Part shown: piece by piece, positions 26,200-39,429 of the stretch
How the letters are laid out: each line of letters opens with the position of its first letter
Numbering within the stretch: the first letter of the stretch is position 1
From: Podarcis liolepis
Taxonomy: Eukaryota
Reading direction: 5' to 3' (one strand)
Length of the DNA stretch: 64,000 bases
NCBI GenBank assembly: GCA_965112155.1
Contig: OZ218104.1
Translations under genes and position numbers: made by a program
The notes under the pieces: model-generated
Seen by the model: the letters and a program-made list of their open reading frames with translations, nothing else
Databases searched by the model: none
Told to the model about the DNA's origin: nothing

Positions 26200-28200
26200 T
26201 AAGCAGAATCCGAAATCCAAATCTAAATTGGACTACGAAAGCGTGTGGGCTCTGTAGCAATCGCCCCCTTCCAAAACGGGACTGACTTCTCAGCCAGGTA
26301 TGCGTAGGAATGCCTCTTCGCGTGAGAAAACTGCGACGAGTCAATAAGTTCCGTTGGAATCGATAGGACTTTCCTTCCAAGTCAGTATCTTCCAAGTCAG
26401 TATCTTAGAACAGCTTTGGTCGCCTTGGCAAAACTTTATTTCCAAGTTATTTTCTCACTCAAAGAACCGTATGTCAATATTTATTGGAGCTGAGAGGAGG
26501 GGGAGCACACCCAAACTGTGCCAGTCCTATAAATACATGTACCCAAACAACACATACACGGATCGCCTTCAGTGGAAAATCAATAAGAGATTTGCAGATC
26601 AACTGAACTTCAGGAACCCACCCCCCTCTTCCGCCTAAACTTGCCACCACTTAAAACTGAACAGGTAGTCATGAGGAAACAAATTCTTGCTGTGATCCTC
26701 TGCATCTTTCTTTGGGATTGAGTCCCATTGCAAACAGCCTGTATTACTCCTGAGTAAACTTGGGTAGGAGCAGTCTGCCGGTTCACCATATCTCCCATTC
26801 ATTCAAACACGCGCACGCAGACACCCATCACACAGATCAAAGGAAGGTGGGAGGGGGCGACGCAGCATCTCCTCCAGATATTCATTTGAAACAAACAAAC
26901 AAAAATGATTAAAACTAGATAAATGCAAAGGAGGCTTTGAAAAGATACCTGACATTGCACGCCACGCCACAGACCCGGTTCTCCCCCCACACTTAAAAAA
27001 AAAAAAGTGGTGGTGGGTGTTTGGACTTACCTGAGAAGACGTGTTGTAAGGATATCCAAGCTGTGAAAAAGACATCGTTGCTTTCCAGTTTTGTTTGGGG
27101 TGGGTTTTCTTTTTTTGAACGGAGGTTTGGGTGACCCCCCCTTCTTCCCCCTCCCCAAATCCTTCGCCACTGAGTCCTCCCCCTCCTTCCCTCCCGACCC
27201 ACCTTTTCACACCCCCATCCCCACGATGCCTCTTGATGACGATCAATTACGAGCAGGATTGCTATGGATTATTTTTTATTTCTTCTCTTCGCAACAACCC
27301 CCCCCCCGCCCCGCCCGCCCTCTCTACACACGTGAATTATAAATGATTGCAAGCGGGCATCTGCGGAAAAGAGGCTCGCAGCCTCCGCCTGAGCTCCCCG
27401 CCCGCCCCCTCCTCATCTTGATGCTTCTTGGAAAGAGAGGGGGGCTATAAATATAGATATAGATCATTTATAGATGGATGGATAGATAGAATCTATGGAG
27501 GGGGAGAACAGCTCAACAGAGGACGAGTTTCGTTGGAGAGGCGGGGGGGGGAGCGGAGAGGAGGATGTTGGAAAGAAATTGATGATGGTGGTGGTGGTGG
27601 AGGGGTGCCCGGAGTGGGTGGGTGGGAAGGAAACGTCAAAGCTGGCAAGCCGTGGAAGAGTTCGCTTGTGCATTGTTTTTCTGTTCCCGTTCGAGTCCTT
27701 TCGCGCGCCGCTCCCCAGCCAGCGGAGCCGAGTGACGTCATAAGTAATCCCGAGTTCTTCGTGCCAATCCTGAGCCTCGCGCTGAGCATCTTAAAAGGCG
27801 CCCTTGCTTGTATCAGGCATTATTGTTGTTATTGTTGTTGTTATTTATTCCGCGAGCACGTCAAATTTAAAGGCAGAGCCCTGACCTTGCCTCTTTTTTT
27901 CTTTTCTTTTTTTGCAGAGGGTAATGACAAGCAGTGGTGTGGTCAGTTCGAAAGAGCAGGCGCCCTCCAGGCCCGCCCCTAACCACGCCCCTTTCTGCCT
28001 ATACAATAAAAGTGCATTGTTGTCGACCAAGGCAGAAGCCATGACAAACCAGCTTCCCCGCGGTTTCCTTTACTCCCAGCTCCCGCTTGCGCCACCCAGC
28101 CCAAGGAAGAGTTCTGGTGCACTCTGAAGCTTACTCGCTCTTTTGCTACCCGTTTGTGTTGGAAACGGATTAATGGGTTTCCCCCGCAAAAAACAAAAAC
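26200..28200 (-). promoter_or_regulatory. IRX6 promoter / 5'UTR CpG-rich region
   Basis: High CpG density around exon 1, several GC boxes (ccgccc, about 27305-27320 and 27400), perfect CRE TGACGTCA at 27733-27740, TAATCC at 27745-27750 and CCAAT at 27764. The TSS cannot be determined from sequence. Confidence 0.7.
27031..27075 (-). CDS. IRX6: IRX6 coding exon 1 (MSFSQLGYPYNTSSQ)
   Basis: ATG at 27075-27073, 45 nt, followed by canonical donor CAG|GTAAGT (phase 0). Peptide resembles the IRX6/IRX4-class N-terminus (MSFPHFGHPY.../MSYPQFGYPY...). Confidence 0.93.
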
Positions 28201-28280
28201 AACAACAACAACTATAGACATGCATGCTCACACAACCTTTCCCTTCCTCAGCTTAGTTTATTTGCTGGGTTTCTCTCGGA

Positions 28281-28283
<3 letters not shown>

Positions 28284-28328
<45 letters not shown>
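28284..28328 (+). repeat. (AAT)n microsatellite upstream of the IRX6 promoter
   Basis: Read directly. Confidence 0.95.
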
Positions 28329-28329
<1 letters not shown>

Positions 28330-30949
28330 TATTACCACTATTACAATTGCTATATATCACCGCAGGAAAGGACCTCATCATGCCTCTGCTGTGAAACAAA
28401 CGGGCAGCTTCATTCTTGTCCGTCCCTGCTGGGAGAGGGTTAAATCTCTCCCTCTATAAATCGCTAGTTCTTGTTGTTGCTGTTCGTTTGTTTGCTTTCC
28501 CATACCTCTCCCCTCCCCTCTCTCTTTTCACACAACCCAAACCCAGATTTGAGAACACAAAAGGACAGAATACACCTTTACGTTCCTCCACTGCAGCGTC
28601 ATCGCCACCAGCGGGAAGAAACACCACGTTTCCTTCACCACCACCTAGAGAAACACACTTGCTTCCCCTAGGGGGCTCCCCCACTCACCCCACAGGAACA
28701 AATGAAATCTCGGGAGCTGCTGTTTACCACTCTATACCCGTCCTATGAGGTCTAATCCTAATCTCAGTCCTAGGTGTGTTCAGCTCAGTTGAGTTAAATG
28801 GGCTTTAGCACCAGCTAAAATGCCTGCAGGATCGCGACCTGATTTTCTTTCCTCCTTTCCACTCCTCAAATCAGCATGGGATGCGCTCATTGGTCCAATG
28901 ACAGATCAGGAAGACCATTTCCCCAATCACTATAACTCCCTTACCTGTCCCCAACCCCATGGCCACCTCATAGGCACCCAGAATCCTTAGTAACTTCGTC
29001 TCCAGCCGTTGTCACCCTGCAGGCCCTACAGTAGGGGCGTAGGAATCCCCTTTGCACAAGCACTCTTTTCCCTGCTGGACCCATAGCTAAATAAAGGAGA
29101 AGGGGCAGACTGTAATAATAGAGGATCACAGTGAAACTATCTTTGTTCATCGTCATCTCTCGCCTTCCCGTTCCCTTCTCCTCTTCCGGTCGAAATATGG
29201 TTGGTAAACTGCGAGAAGCCCCTTTTTTGCGCGGGTTGCTCTTTATAAAGACCTGTATATTGATGGCGCAAGAATTACTATCCCATCTCCCTTTTAAACC
29301 TTCACTCTCAAGGTTTTCCCCTCCTACCTCCTTAACACCACCCCCTCAATCTAAACACACGCAACCAAAATAAAAAAAAGCCTTAAAACATATGCAAACT
29401 TGCCTGGTACTCATTGTACTCAGTAGGGCTTACTTCTGAACATATATGCACAGGAATTGCTCTATCCTAAAGTTAATGGAGGGCTTCAGTAGTCCCTCCA
29501 GCCAGAAACTTTGTATTGCTGCAGCCTTTCCAAACGAGGCTGTGTTCTCTCTCCTCCACCGTCAGGCAACCCACACGCACTTTATGATCTTCTGGATCAA
29601 TCCGTCGACCACCTGGAAGATGCGTATTTAACCTGGCTGTAAAAAGACGCAACTTTTATTGGCGTGTGATGATTATATTACTATAAAAGAAATTATTTCC
29701 CCCCGTTGTCGGCCGTCAGTGCGCAAATGATTTCAACGTATTTCTCTCCCCCGCTTTTATCACTGACTCGTCTTCCCTAACCAAGGGATCCACGTTTTAT
29801 GAGCTAGGTTTCCAAACAGGGAAATGGCGCAGCAGGTGATTCTAGAGTGGCACCAGACTTCCTGGATCCGGAGCATCCGCGTGGTGCGATGCATGGTCAG
29901 CGAAGTTCCACTCAATGGACCTTCCTCCTGGGTGGGGACATGCATTCTACGGGGTTGAGCTGTAGGACGTCATGGAACCTTATGCACCTTTACTTGGGAG
30001 TAACTGCAACTGAATTCAATGGGAGGGGCCGGGGGCACTTACTTCTGAGTAAGCATGCATTGAATCAGCGTGTTTGAGAGAGGGGATGGGAACTGGGAGA
30101 ATCGGGACTGCCATGCCTTTCAATAATTAATCCAATGGATTAATTTGTTTTACGGTTAATTGATTGACTCAGTTCACCAATGCCCACTTTGGAATACGAA
30201 TAAAACAATAGTTGGGGCTTTGGCGTGTGTGTTTCAGGTGTGGCTCACCTGTGGCCCTCCATATACTGTTGGACCCCCAGCCAGCGTGGTCAGTGACCAC
30301 AGGCGATGGGAGCTGAAGTTCGAGACTGGTCTTACTTGCTAGCTACCTGCCTCATACCCAGATAGAGTTTTAGAAGGGACCATTCCCTTTCACCCTGGCA
30401 CCTTTCACCTTCTAACATGGGGACTCACCATGGGTGGCGCTAGAGGGGGGAAGGGAGCAAGCTCCCCCCCTCCTCAGTGTATGGACTCTGTCACTAACAT
30501 ATACTGCCTCCCATATCTTAACATGTGGTACACTTCTCGCTCACCTCGAAATATATTTTGCCCTTTCTGGGTCAGATTATGCGCCTTCAAAATACTTATA
30601 TTCTCCTGCCCGGTTAAAAAGGGACGCCTTTGTTTAAGGGGCACAGAATGTTTCCAATAGACACAAACACAGACGGGGTTTTAAGAACTTTCAATAAAGT
30701 TCTCTGCCTTTTGCTAGTCCCCAAGAAATCCCAAAATTCAAAATAGGGCAGAAAAGAAACCCTTCTCTGAACGGGTCTGTGACCGTATGATAAATGATTA
30801 GTTGAAACCCTTCTATAAACAGATCGTCCCCCCACCCTCAATTTTTTTTTTCTCCCCCGGTGGTGGGGGCAGACAGAAACAGACAAATAGGACCTAGCTG
30901 GGGCGTTGAGGGAAGAGACTAGACTTCCTCCTCTATTCTGCTCTCGCCC

Positions 30950-32350
30950 TCCCTCCTAGATCCCACCGGACCAGCCCTCCTTTTCCCGAGCATCCCGTCC
31001 AGTGTAAATCCTGGGCTCCTAAGGGACCCTCCCCACCAGAATCTGGAAACGGCCTCGCATAAGCAGGAACCCGGCGAAGCACCAGGGGAGGCGGCGGAGA
31101 GCCGCAGAGAGGAGGCACTGACAGATCAAGGAGAGAATGATTGATGGCTGCCCAGAGACCAGGCTGCCCATTGCCACTGGGGTGTAATTGCCTCAATTAA
31201 CAAATGGGAAGGCCCTCGTTGAACCATTCAACTTGATACGACGCTGCCCGTTGGCCACCGATGTGAGATCTTGGCACCGAAGGGGACATTCCTCGTCCCC
31301 CGCCTTCTCTCTCTGGCGTACCTGTGTTTGTGTGGGTGGTGCGCGCATTTAATACTCACACGCGCACGCATCTGAATATGTGTGTTTTTATTTGCATTTA
31401 AGAAAATAAGGAAATCCTCATTAGAGTTTCCCTCGCTCTCGGTTTATGTAAAAGAAAATCACGGAGTGATCCCGGATCTTCTCTTCTTATGTACGATACC
31501 TTAAGCTAATTGGAGGCTAATTTGTTTTATTCCTCTATGTGAAGGTATATAACAAAACAAAAATCCAAAAATCCAGGCGTTCTTTAGGAGCCTTTTAAAT
31601 GTATGCGTATCTAAGGAAAAACACAAGTTATTTCGGAGTAAGCTTCGTAATCAGGAGTGATTCTGAAGTTTTCACTCTTCACGTGTACCCGTAACCAGAG
31701 CGAAGCAGGCGTTATTCTGGAGTGTGTGTTATCAAGGGTCGCGGGAGGCGGTGGGTAGGGGCAGGCATTGCGTCTGTTATCTTTTTCTAACCTCTCCGTT
31801 GTAAAACGAGCAACGCCACGGATATTCCCTTGTTTTGCAACCACACCCGGTTCTGGTTGCACATCCCTTTGTGACTCGCTGCCGCGGATCTCGTCTGCCT
31901 GTTCACAGTTCCTCCGATTCTTCGGGTGTGACCAAACCCACCCCAACAGGGAGAGAGAGTCGCTTGCAACAGGTTCTGAACGGCAGAGGAGAAAAAGAAG
32001 TCAGCCTTTTGTCCCTCTTCGGATTCTCCCTGCTACGCCTTGCTGTTCCTTTGGATCAGCTAATAAGGCACAACGCGTCCCCCTCTGAAGTGGTTGATGT
32101 GCGAAGGCAAATATAATAACTTAAAAGTCAAGTGTGCGAGTGCGTGTGTGTGTGGAGGGACACAGGAAACCAAACAGAAAAGCAATGGAAGTTGCGCGCA
32201 TTCTCTAAGGGTGGCGCTAGAGAGCCGCGAGTGAATCCGGAAATCTGATCAAACAGCTTTTAGATCTAGATTAGAGCAGCAGCGGGAGAGGACTCTTCTC
32301 CCTCCCGCTTCTCCCACAAGCCAAAGAGGGGAAATAAACAGAGTCAACCT
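30950..32350. promoter_or_regulatory. Second CpG-rich, repeat-free block 4-5 kb upstream of IRX6
   Basis: CpG-retaining and free of recognisable TEs. Contains TAATT/CAATTAA motifs (31186-31200, 31505-31525) and a CTCF-like aagggtggcgcta at about 32207-32219. Confidence 0.5.
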
Positions 32351-32904
32351 GTTTCTGCAGGGGATGGAATACGCTCAGTCAGGTAGAAATCTCTGCTAAT
32401 GCATCTCTCACTCAGTTGCAAACTTTGCAAACTGGGGACTGTGAGCCTGCTAGATCTCTTCCCCACTGTGCTGAGGGCCTTTGGAGTCCCTTCCACTTTC
32501 TGGTCTTTTATAACCCCCCCACCCCCACCACAAAAAGCAGGCTCTTCTGCAGCCAGGGGTTATTAAGTTCTAAATCAACCATTGCATTTCAAATACCCTT
32601 GCAAAGCTATTCTAAACAACAAACTTCCCTCATAGCCAGCAACTGGTTTTTCAGTGCCCCCCCACCTGGGGGCAGCAGGGGGGACCTCCCCCCTGTATGT
32701 CTTCTCTGCTCCCCTCCAGGTATCTGCTTGGTCACATGATAATAGGATGAAGGGCTAGATGGGCCATTGGGCTGATCCAACAGGCTCCTCTCTTATTTTA
32801 CAGTTTTCCCAGTAAAACTCAATCTGGTGGGATTTATGGTGATGACTTCCAATCTCTCAGCTACCATCAACAGTAGGAGCTGAGGCAAAGTTACCAGCAT
32901 TTAT

Positions 32905-33175
32905 AATTTAAAGCCCCACTTTTTCTACAAGGAGCACAAGGTGGTGTACATGGTTCTCTGACCTCCCCCATTTATCCTGACGACAACCCTGTGAGGTCGA
33001 CAAGGCCAAGAGAGGGTCACCGGCCCAAGATCCCCTGGTGAGCTTCATGACTTTGATGAGCCTAGGCCTTCCCAACCCTAGTCCCCCTCCCCCCTTTTAG
33101 CCACACAACAGCCCTGTGAGGTAGGTTAGGCTGAGAGGCAGTGACTGGCCCAAGGTGCCCCAGTGAGCTTCACAG
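32905..33175 (-). mobile_element. MIR-like/CORE-type SINE, two partial tandem copies
   Basis: acaaccctgtgaggt...ggcccaagg..ccc.gtgagcttca occurs twice. Related pieces lie at about 9000-9120 and 9750-9915. Confidence 0.65.
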
Positions 33176-34499
33176 CAAAACGGTTTATAAAAAAGGTGTT
33201 GATTCATCATATTTGTATCCCATCATTCTTCCACATGAAACATAGAGCAGACCGTTACTTCAAAAAGCTAAACTTGTCTGTAATTTGGAAAGTGAAAATG
33301 AAGTGCTCCTGTCCTGCATTTGGAGAGTGACGGAGGTTTTTGATTCATGGTGAGCAAACGGGGGTGTGGATGTGATGAAGGTCACATGACATTTGTGAAA
33401 AGAAAAGAAAAGAAAAGAAAAAGAGATGGAGGGTTAACTATGTATAAACCTTGCTCTTCTCCCAAGTAGTTCATGTACATGACTTTCTTCACCCTCATGA
33501 CAAAGTAAAAATAAAAATCCTATCTCTTTTTTTAAAGAAGGCTTCTGAAACTGGGTGGACTAAGAAATAGTGACTGATCCTTAGTCACTTAGTGAAAGTC
33601 ATGGCAGAGTGGAGATTTGAACTCATGTTTCCCTATTCCTAGTCCAAAACTATGCCACATTAGGGTCCACAGCTGAAAGCTTTGCAATTTCCTCTCCCCT
33701 TGGGTCATTAAAACGAAAAAGAATCTGATTTTTAGTCTGAAAACTAATATAATGAATTGTGGACATTACTCAGCCTTCATAAAGGTGATATTTCTTCTCT
33801 CTCTCTGAATTAATCTTAGCAACATTTCTATCAATGTGATTTAGGGTCTTTTCAGGTGTTTCATTTTAAACCTTTGTTGTTGTTGCTCTACACCAAAAGG
33901 CAGCAATGTGTGAACGCAACTAATAAGCATTTGAAGATGCACACATTGTATGGGTAAGCACCAGAGAAAATAGGGGTTAGGTCCATTTTTTTATTGTGAG
34001 TAGATGCACAGTACATTTGTTGTGTTGTGTTATGTGTGAAACAGCCTAGAGCATAGTAATTTTGAAGCCCTGTGAATTGGAATGAAGCCATCAGGAGAGT
34101 TACAGTAGTTGATTTTCTTATAATAATAAAATGCTCATGTGACAATGTCTTCATTGCTTTTTCTGTCCGAGTCAGGATATTAAAACACTGACAACTCTCC
34201 AATTCTATGAGCCTATGACATAAGAGCAGTTCTGATTACACTTAAACAGCAGCTGAAACTTCGTTTTGATTCCATGAATACTTCCTTTAAAAATAATAAT
34301 CATTTTTCCCTTTTTTGCAGAAGTTGGTCTATAATGTTGTATAGCTATTAATGTACTTTAATAATAGAAATAGAAAGCCTCAACTAGATCCCCCAAAGGT
34401 CTATCTGCACTCTTTGAAAAGAGTGGAAATAAGCTTCAAATCAAACTTAAAAGTAGAAAAATGACTAATCTTTTTTTTTTCTTAAAAAAAAATGAGACA

Positions 34500-35230
34500 A
34501 AGAAAATAAAGGTTTCCCCTGGAAAATATCAGCTTGATAAGGCTGAGTTATTGTTAACAGAGACAAATGTATACGAAAAGTCATTAAGAACACCCTTGGG
34601 TGACATTATGGCTAATTATTTAATTGCATAAATCCCTAGTGGGAAGAGTACATTAATTATAGTGAAATAAAATGACTTGTTCTAAATCATTTGGCTCAGC
34701 AATTTTTATGTATGCTTTTATATGTCAGACCATTTTAAAATGTACATCAACTGTATCAATATATATCTAGATATATCATATATAATAAAATATATAATAT
34801 ATAAGCTCTTGACACACTTCCTGAATGCTCCGAGCACGGCTGAAATGAAAAGGTTGTTCAAACCTCAAGAATATGTCTGTATTAATGGCTCTCTACCTTG
34901 AATCATTGGCAAGTCTCTGTCCACCTCCCTGCTTTTAATACAGTACATTAATTTATTTCTCTTGCTCTGGTCTTTACAAACAAATGAGAATCCTGACACC
35001 CAAGACATCATTCCACGGACGAGAAAATGAAAAATCAATTTTGCGGTTTAGATAATGCAAATCAGTACATTCCTTAATTAAAAAGTATAGGGGTGAAAAA
35101 AGGATTAATTACCTGGATGGTGTCCGGCAGCCGTGGGTTGCTTTATAAGATGGCCTTTTGCAATTAAGCACTCTCTTTTACTGCCCTTTAGCGATTCCCC
35201 CCACCACACCATAATCTATGTGTATACATT
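34500..35230. promoter_or_regulatory. Candidate conserved non-coding element (IrxB desert)
   Basis: Repeat-free AT-rich block with dense TAAT/ATTA cores (gctaattatttaattgcataaat, cattaattat, ggattaatt) and ATGCAAAT at about 35055. Confidence 0.5.
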
Positions 35231-35261
35231 GGCGCGAGTACCGCAGTGTCAGTTCCAGAGA

Positions 35262-35370
35262 GGCAGCTGTGTTACTCTGTTGCAGCAAGAAACAAGAGTC
35301 TTATTGCATCATAAAAGACTAAATATGTGTACATATAAGCTTTTGTTGACTAGAGACTACTTCAACAGTT
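35262..35370 (-). mobile_element. Old Penelope-like element terminal fragment
   Basis: ggcagctgtgttactctg...aaagactaa...aagcttttg...cttcaacag parallels the Penelope fragment at 49313-49432, with a decayed hammerhead core. Confidence 0.5.
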
Positions 35371-35515
35371 GCAGTATGGTAACCATTTTAAATTACCCAT
35401 TGGCACCTGGTGTTTTAAACAATGTTTCTATACAAAACCTGTGCAACTTTGTAGAATACTACTCAACTTCTTCCTGTTTTAACTAAAATAACACCCACCC
35501 TACCCCCTCCCTTTT

Positions 35516-35518
<3 letters not shown>

Positions 35519-35568
<50 letters not shown>
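35519..35568 (+). repeat. (TG)n microsatellite
   Basis: Read directly. Others lie at 3936-3961 and 18563-18592. Confidence 0.95.
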
Positions 35569-35573
<5 letters not shown>

Positions 35574-38500
35574 GATCAGAAATCATGTCTTCTTTTCTTG
35601 CTTTGCAATTCCACAACTGCTTATGCTGAATCCCTTTCGTCTCACATAGCAGGCTGGAGGGGATGGAAATTGCCTGTCAAAAAATCCTTGCAAGCTCTTT
35701 CTTGGTGAGTTGTAAACATTGGCATAAACCTTGCATTAATGGCTTCTTGGGTTCTGCTCTCCATTTCATGGGGAAATAGTTTTGATTTTCTAGATGCCTT
35801 CAAAACATGTTGTGGACTATCTTCAGGAAAAACATCAAAAACAAACAAACAAAGAAACAAACAAACAGGTTTTAGAGGTCACAGAAACCCCATTTTCTCC
35901 AAACTACTTGTATGTTGGTTGAAACAATTCCTGTTTAAATAGACACTTAGGCACAACTTACTCCCACAAACTTCAAATTTGTATTTCATTGCAACAGTTT
36001 TGCTGGGGGCAGGGGAGAGAAATCCCTGCTATTAGAAATGAATGTTCCTTTTCTTTTTAAACGATGGCTTAGATTCTACATGCAATTTTGTTTGCAGCAT
36101 CAACAAGAATTAGTTTGGGCAATGAGTTTTAATTTAAAAGGCAATTTACTGCGTGTGTTGACAGACAGGCTTTTTAAACGGCACCTTTCCAAAATAGAGG
36201 GGGAAATAAAACAATGGTTGAATTCAAACTGAACATTTAAAGTGTCATTCTGTGGGCTTTTATTTTTTAAAAAAGGGAGGGGCAGGAGGGGCAATTATGC
36301 AGCAAGAGATGGAAGAGAATAGTCAAAGGATCTGAAATTTAAGAATATAATCTTGGAGTGAAAATTCCTGCAGAGAACAAAGTAGATTTTTGATCTAGAG
36401 AATGGGCTTTTTTTGCATTCAGGTTTAGAGTATTTTTGTTTGTTTCTGTGTGTATTTTTGCATGGAGAAGGTGGAAATTCTTCAGGTCTATGCATGAATA
36501 AACAAGTATATGTGGACGACCTTAATACATAATTTATAGTGATCAGTCACTGCAGATCTAACTGAATAAACCCACAACGAACACTAATTGTTTTGACAAA
36601 CAGGAGTATAAGATGGCTTATTTGTGGAACCTGTCTGATTATTTTGCCTTCTCTCAACAGCTATTGCCAGCTGATGAGATCTATGCTAGAAAAGGCACTG
36701 TGTGGGTGGGGAAGACCTCACCAAGAATATATGGGACGTCAACAAGGCACATGTGATTATGGTGATAAAGTGTTTTAATTGTGGAGAAGGAGAACTAAGA
36801 AGGCTAAATCTCTGAGACAAGCTAACTCACTGAAGTAGTATATGACACCAAACTCCATTTAATAGGAGAAGTAATCTATGGTGGCTTGTCAGTCAAGGAG
36901 AAATCCAGGGCACAGTTTTGGAGGAGGTGATGTTCTAAGATCAAATTGGAATTATGAATCTGAAGATATTTCAAAAGACAATATTTCTTTGTCTTTTTAA
37001 TGCAAGGGCAGAAGACCTGCTGCAGATGTCACTGGACTCCAACTCCCTTCATTTCTGGCCAGCTTGGCAATGGTCAAGGCCTTATGGGAGTTGCAGTCCA
37101 TTAATGTCTGAGCAATGTTAGCAACCTGTGATCTGTAGGTGCCATGCCACAAAGCCACCCACTGTGAAAGGTAAGAGGGATTAGGAGATATTTTAGGACC
37201 GGTCCAAAAGATAAAGTTTTCCACAGATTGACATTTGTTCCAATTCAACAGAGGGTTGTGCCCTCTGTCAGGGAATTTCTCTACTTCTGATCATTTTACT
37301 AGTACTTTTCTGCACCTTATCCAATGCCCACTGTTAGCATCTGGAGTTTATGTGCATCAGCAGAAGTTGAGCTTAACTATGAATCCCTGCCTGGAGCATG
37401 CTTTTACCCTGAAAGCAATCACACTGAGACTTTGGGTATGAACATAAGGAAGCTAAGATTATTATAGGAAATACATGCTTGATAGAAAGAACTAGGACCT
37501 TTTCTAACCATGTTGGCTATGCAAAGCACCATGCTTTCTTTTTCATCTTTGCAGGCAAGACAAAGGAAATACATCTCCTCTCCCAAGGTGGGATCAAGAA
37601 GAAGAGGCAAGAGGCAATAAGGTCAGCAAACCTGAAAGCATCAAAAGGAGGGTCAGTACAGGTTACGTTGGAAAGACACACACACACACTATCTCTCCCC
37701 ATGCAAAACCCATCAGCCTTAATACAAGCTCAGTTGCATCCCAACACAGTGGCAGACCTTGGTGTCTCAAATTTCAGTGGCACCCTCTGTGACACCAACA
37801 TCCAACACACCCCGAGCCTTCCATTGGATGTCATAGTTGTGGTCTTGCTACAGCACCCCAGAAGCTCCGTGCCCGGTGTGACCAAACTGTTTGCATTCCC
37901 CTCGATCCGCCTTTGTCCCGACACTTCCAACACCCACAGCATGTTGTGGCAGCCAGAGTGGCACACCACCGTCAAAATGTCAACACTTTATCGGGTAGCC
38001 AGTATGATGGCCTGCACCTCAAGTCCCATCAGTCCCAGCCCATATGGTCAGTGCTAAAAGATATTGGGAGTTGTAGACCAATAACATCAGGAAAGTGGTA
38101 TGATTTTATTTCACTTACAAAGAAGGAGGTACATGGTAGAGGTGTTCCTCTGGTCTGGATCCTGTAAATGCAATCAGAATAAAGGCTGAATATAGATGGG
38201 AACTCAATAAGACTGCATGAACCTATTAGGATGAGCACAGGCTGTGACAGTGGTGATTTATTAGTTCATTTGCCACACCTGTAATGATAGACAAACACAT
38301 AACTTTCTATAAGCATGGTAAATTCTTTGCTATGCAAGACTAATTCATGATGCTTTCTCTGTCTGTAAAGGACTTGGGTACCCTTTTGTGATCACGGTCC
38401 CGTCCCCCCCCCCCATCCTCCTATATGTTATTCAAAACCCAATAAATACAATTTTAAAAAAGAAAAGAATGTTCTACATTGGCTAACGCTTCTATAGATT

Positions 38501-38691
38501 AAAATAATGGTCTCATGAGACTTGCTGTTTCTAATATTTCTTCTCATCAGATTTTGCCGTTTCCCTGCCACAGCACCTAGAATGGTAGCTGTTAATGAAC
38601 TTTCTGCTGAAAACTCAACATCCCATTTCTGGATAGCTAAAGTCAGTTGAGGGCCAGGCAAGAAGTGGCAATGAATACATTGGGTTGTATC

Positions 38692-38833
38692 CAGGGCTTT
38701 TTTCCCCAGTCAGAAATCACCGGAACTCAGTTAGGTGCTATTCTCAGGTAGGTGCTATTGCCATTATAAGAGAAAAAGGGAGGCATTCATGGTGAGTTCC
38801 AGCACCTCTTTTCCTAAAAAATAAATAGCACTC
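38692..38833. mobile_element. Short non-autonomous DNA transposon (MITE). An inverted second copy lies at about 53230-53356
   Basis: cagggctttttt terminus. Internal ccggaactca and catggtgagttccagcacctcttt match the reverse complement of 53236-53270. Confidence 0.65.
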
Positions 38834-39429
38834 GTACTGGTTGTATCCAACAAAGTCATCACACGTGTGGGATGACTTCCACTTGTGCAATGGAAATTCC
38901 CATTTCTCTCCTCCCCCTGTGCATCCCCACAGCCTCTCGAATCTCCTCTGTATGATTCCTCAACACTCTGGAACAGATTTAGGGGGGTGTTACATGGGAA
39001 GGGAGGGGAAGTTCTGTTATGCAAGCAGAAGTCATTCTGTGAATGCAGTGACTTCACTAGATATATCCCAACAACTGTGTGCCTTTGTTCCCGCAACACA
39101 TCTGCTGCCATTGCGCATCAGATGCAATACGTACCAGCTTACATGAAACTCCCAGAATTGGGGATGTTTTGTTGAGAATTTTGGAAACATCCCCAAAGAA
39201 ATCAGATTTTCTTTTAGCCAAGGGTTATCCTTTACTGCCCTCATGTTGTTTTTCCAACACATGCGTTACACTGAGGGTGGGACCTTTCTGGATATATAGA
39301 GCATCTCCCACAGGCCCCTACTCTTGGGAAGCTGGGACCACTTGGGTTTCCACACCCTAGGCACACTAATCTACAGTAAATCTTGCCAAATCAATAGGGT
39401 AGTGGTGGGAAATATCTTGGAAGTATATC

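Noticed and set aside
26947-26992. Possible micro-exon in intron 1 (tttaag|...tcag|gtatct)
   Set aside because: Only about 38 nt from the exon-1 donor, too short for a normal intron. At most it is an alternative donor, and there is no support.
27076-27246. Apparent N-terminal extension of IRX6 in ORF 26803..27246
   Set aside because: It starts at TTG, not ATG. Homology begins at MSFSQ (27075), so this is 5'UTR.
37479-38057. 192-aa ORF
   Set aside because: It runs through a dispersed repeat (a second copy at about 55485-55690) and a MITE, and has no homology I can recognise.
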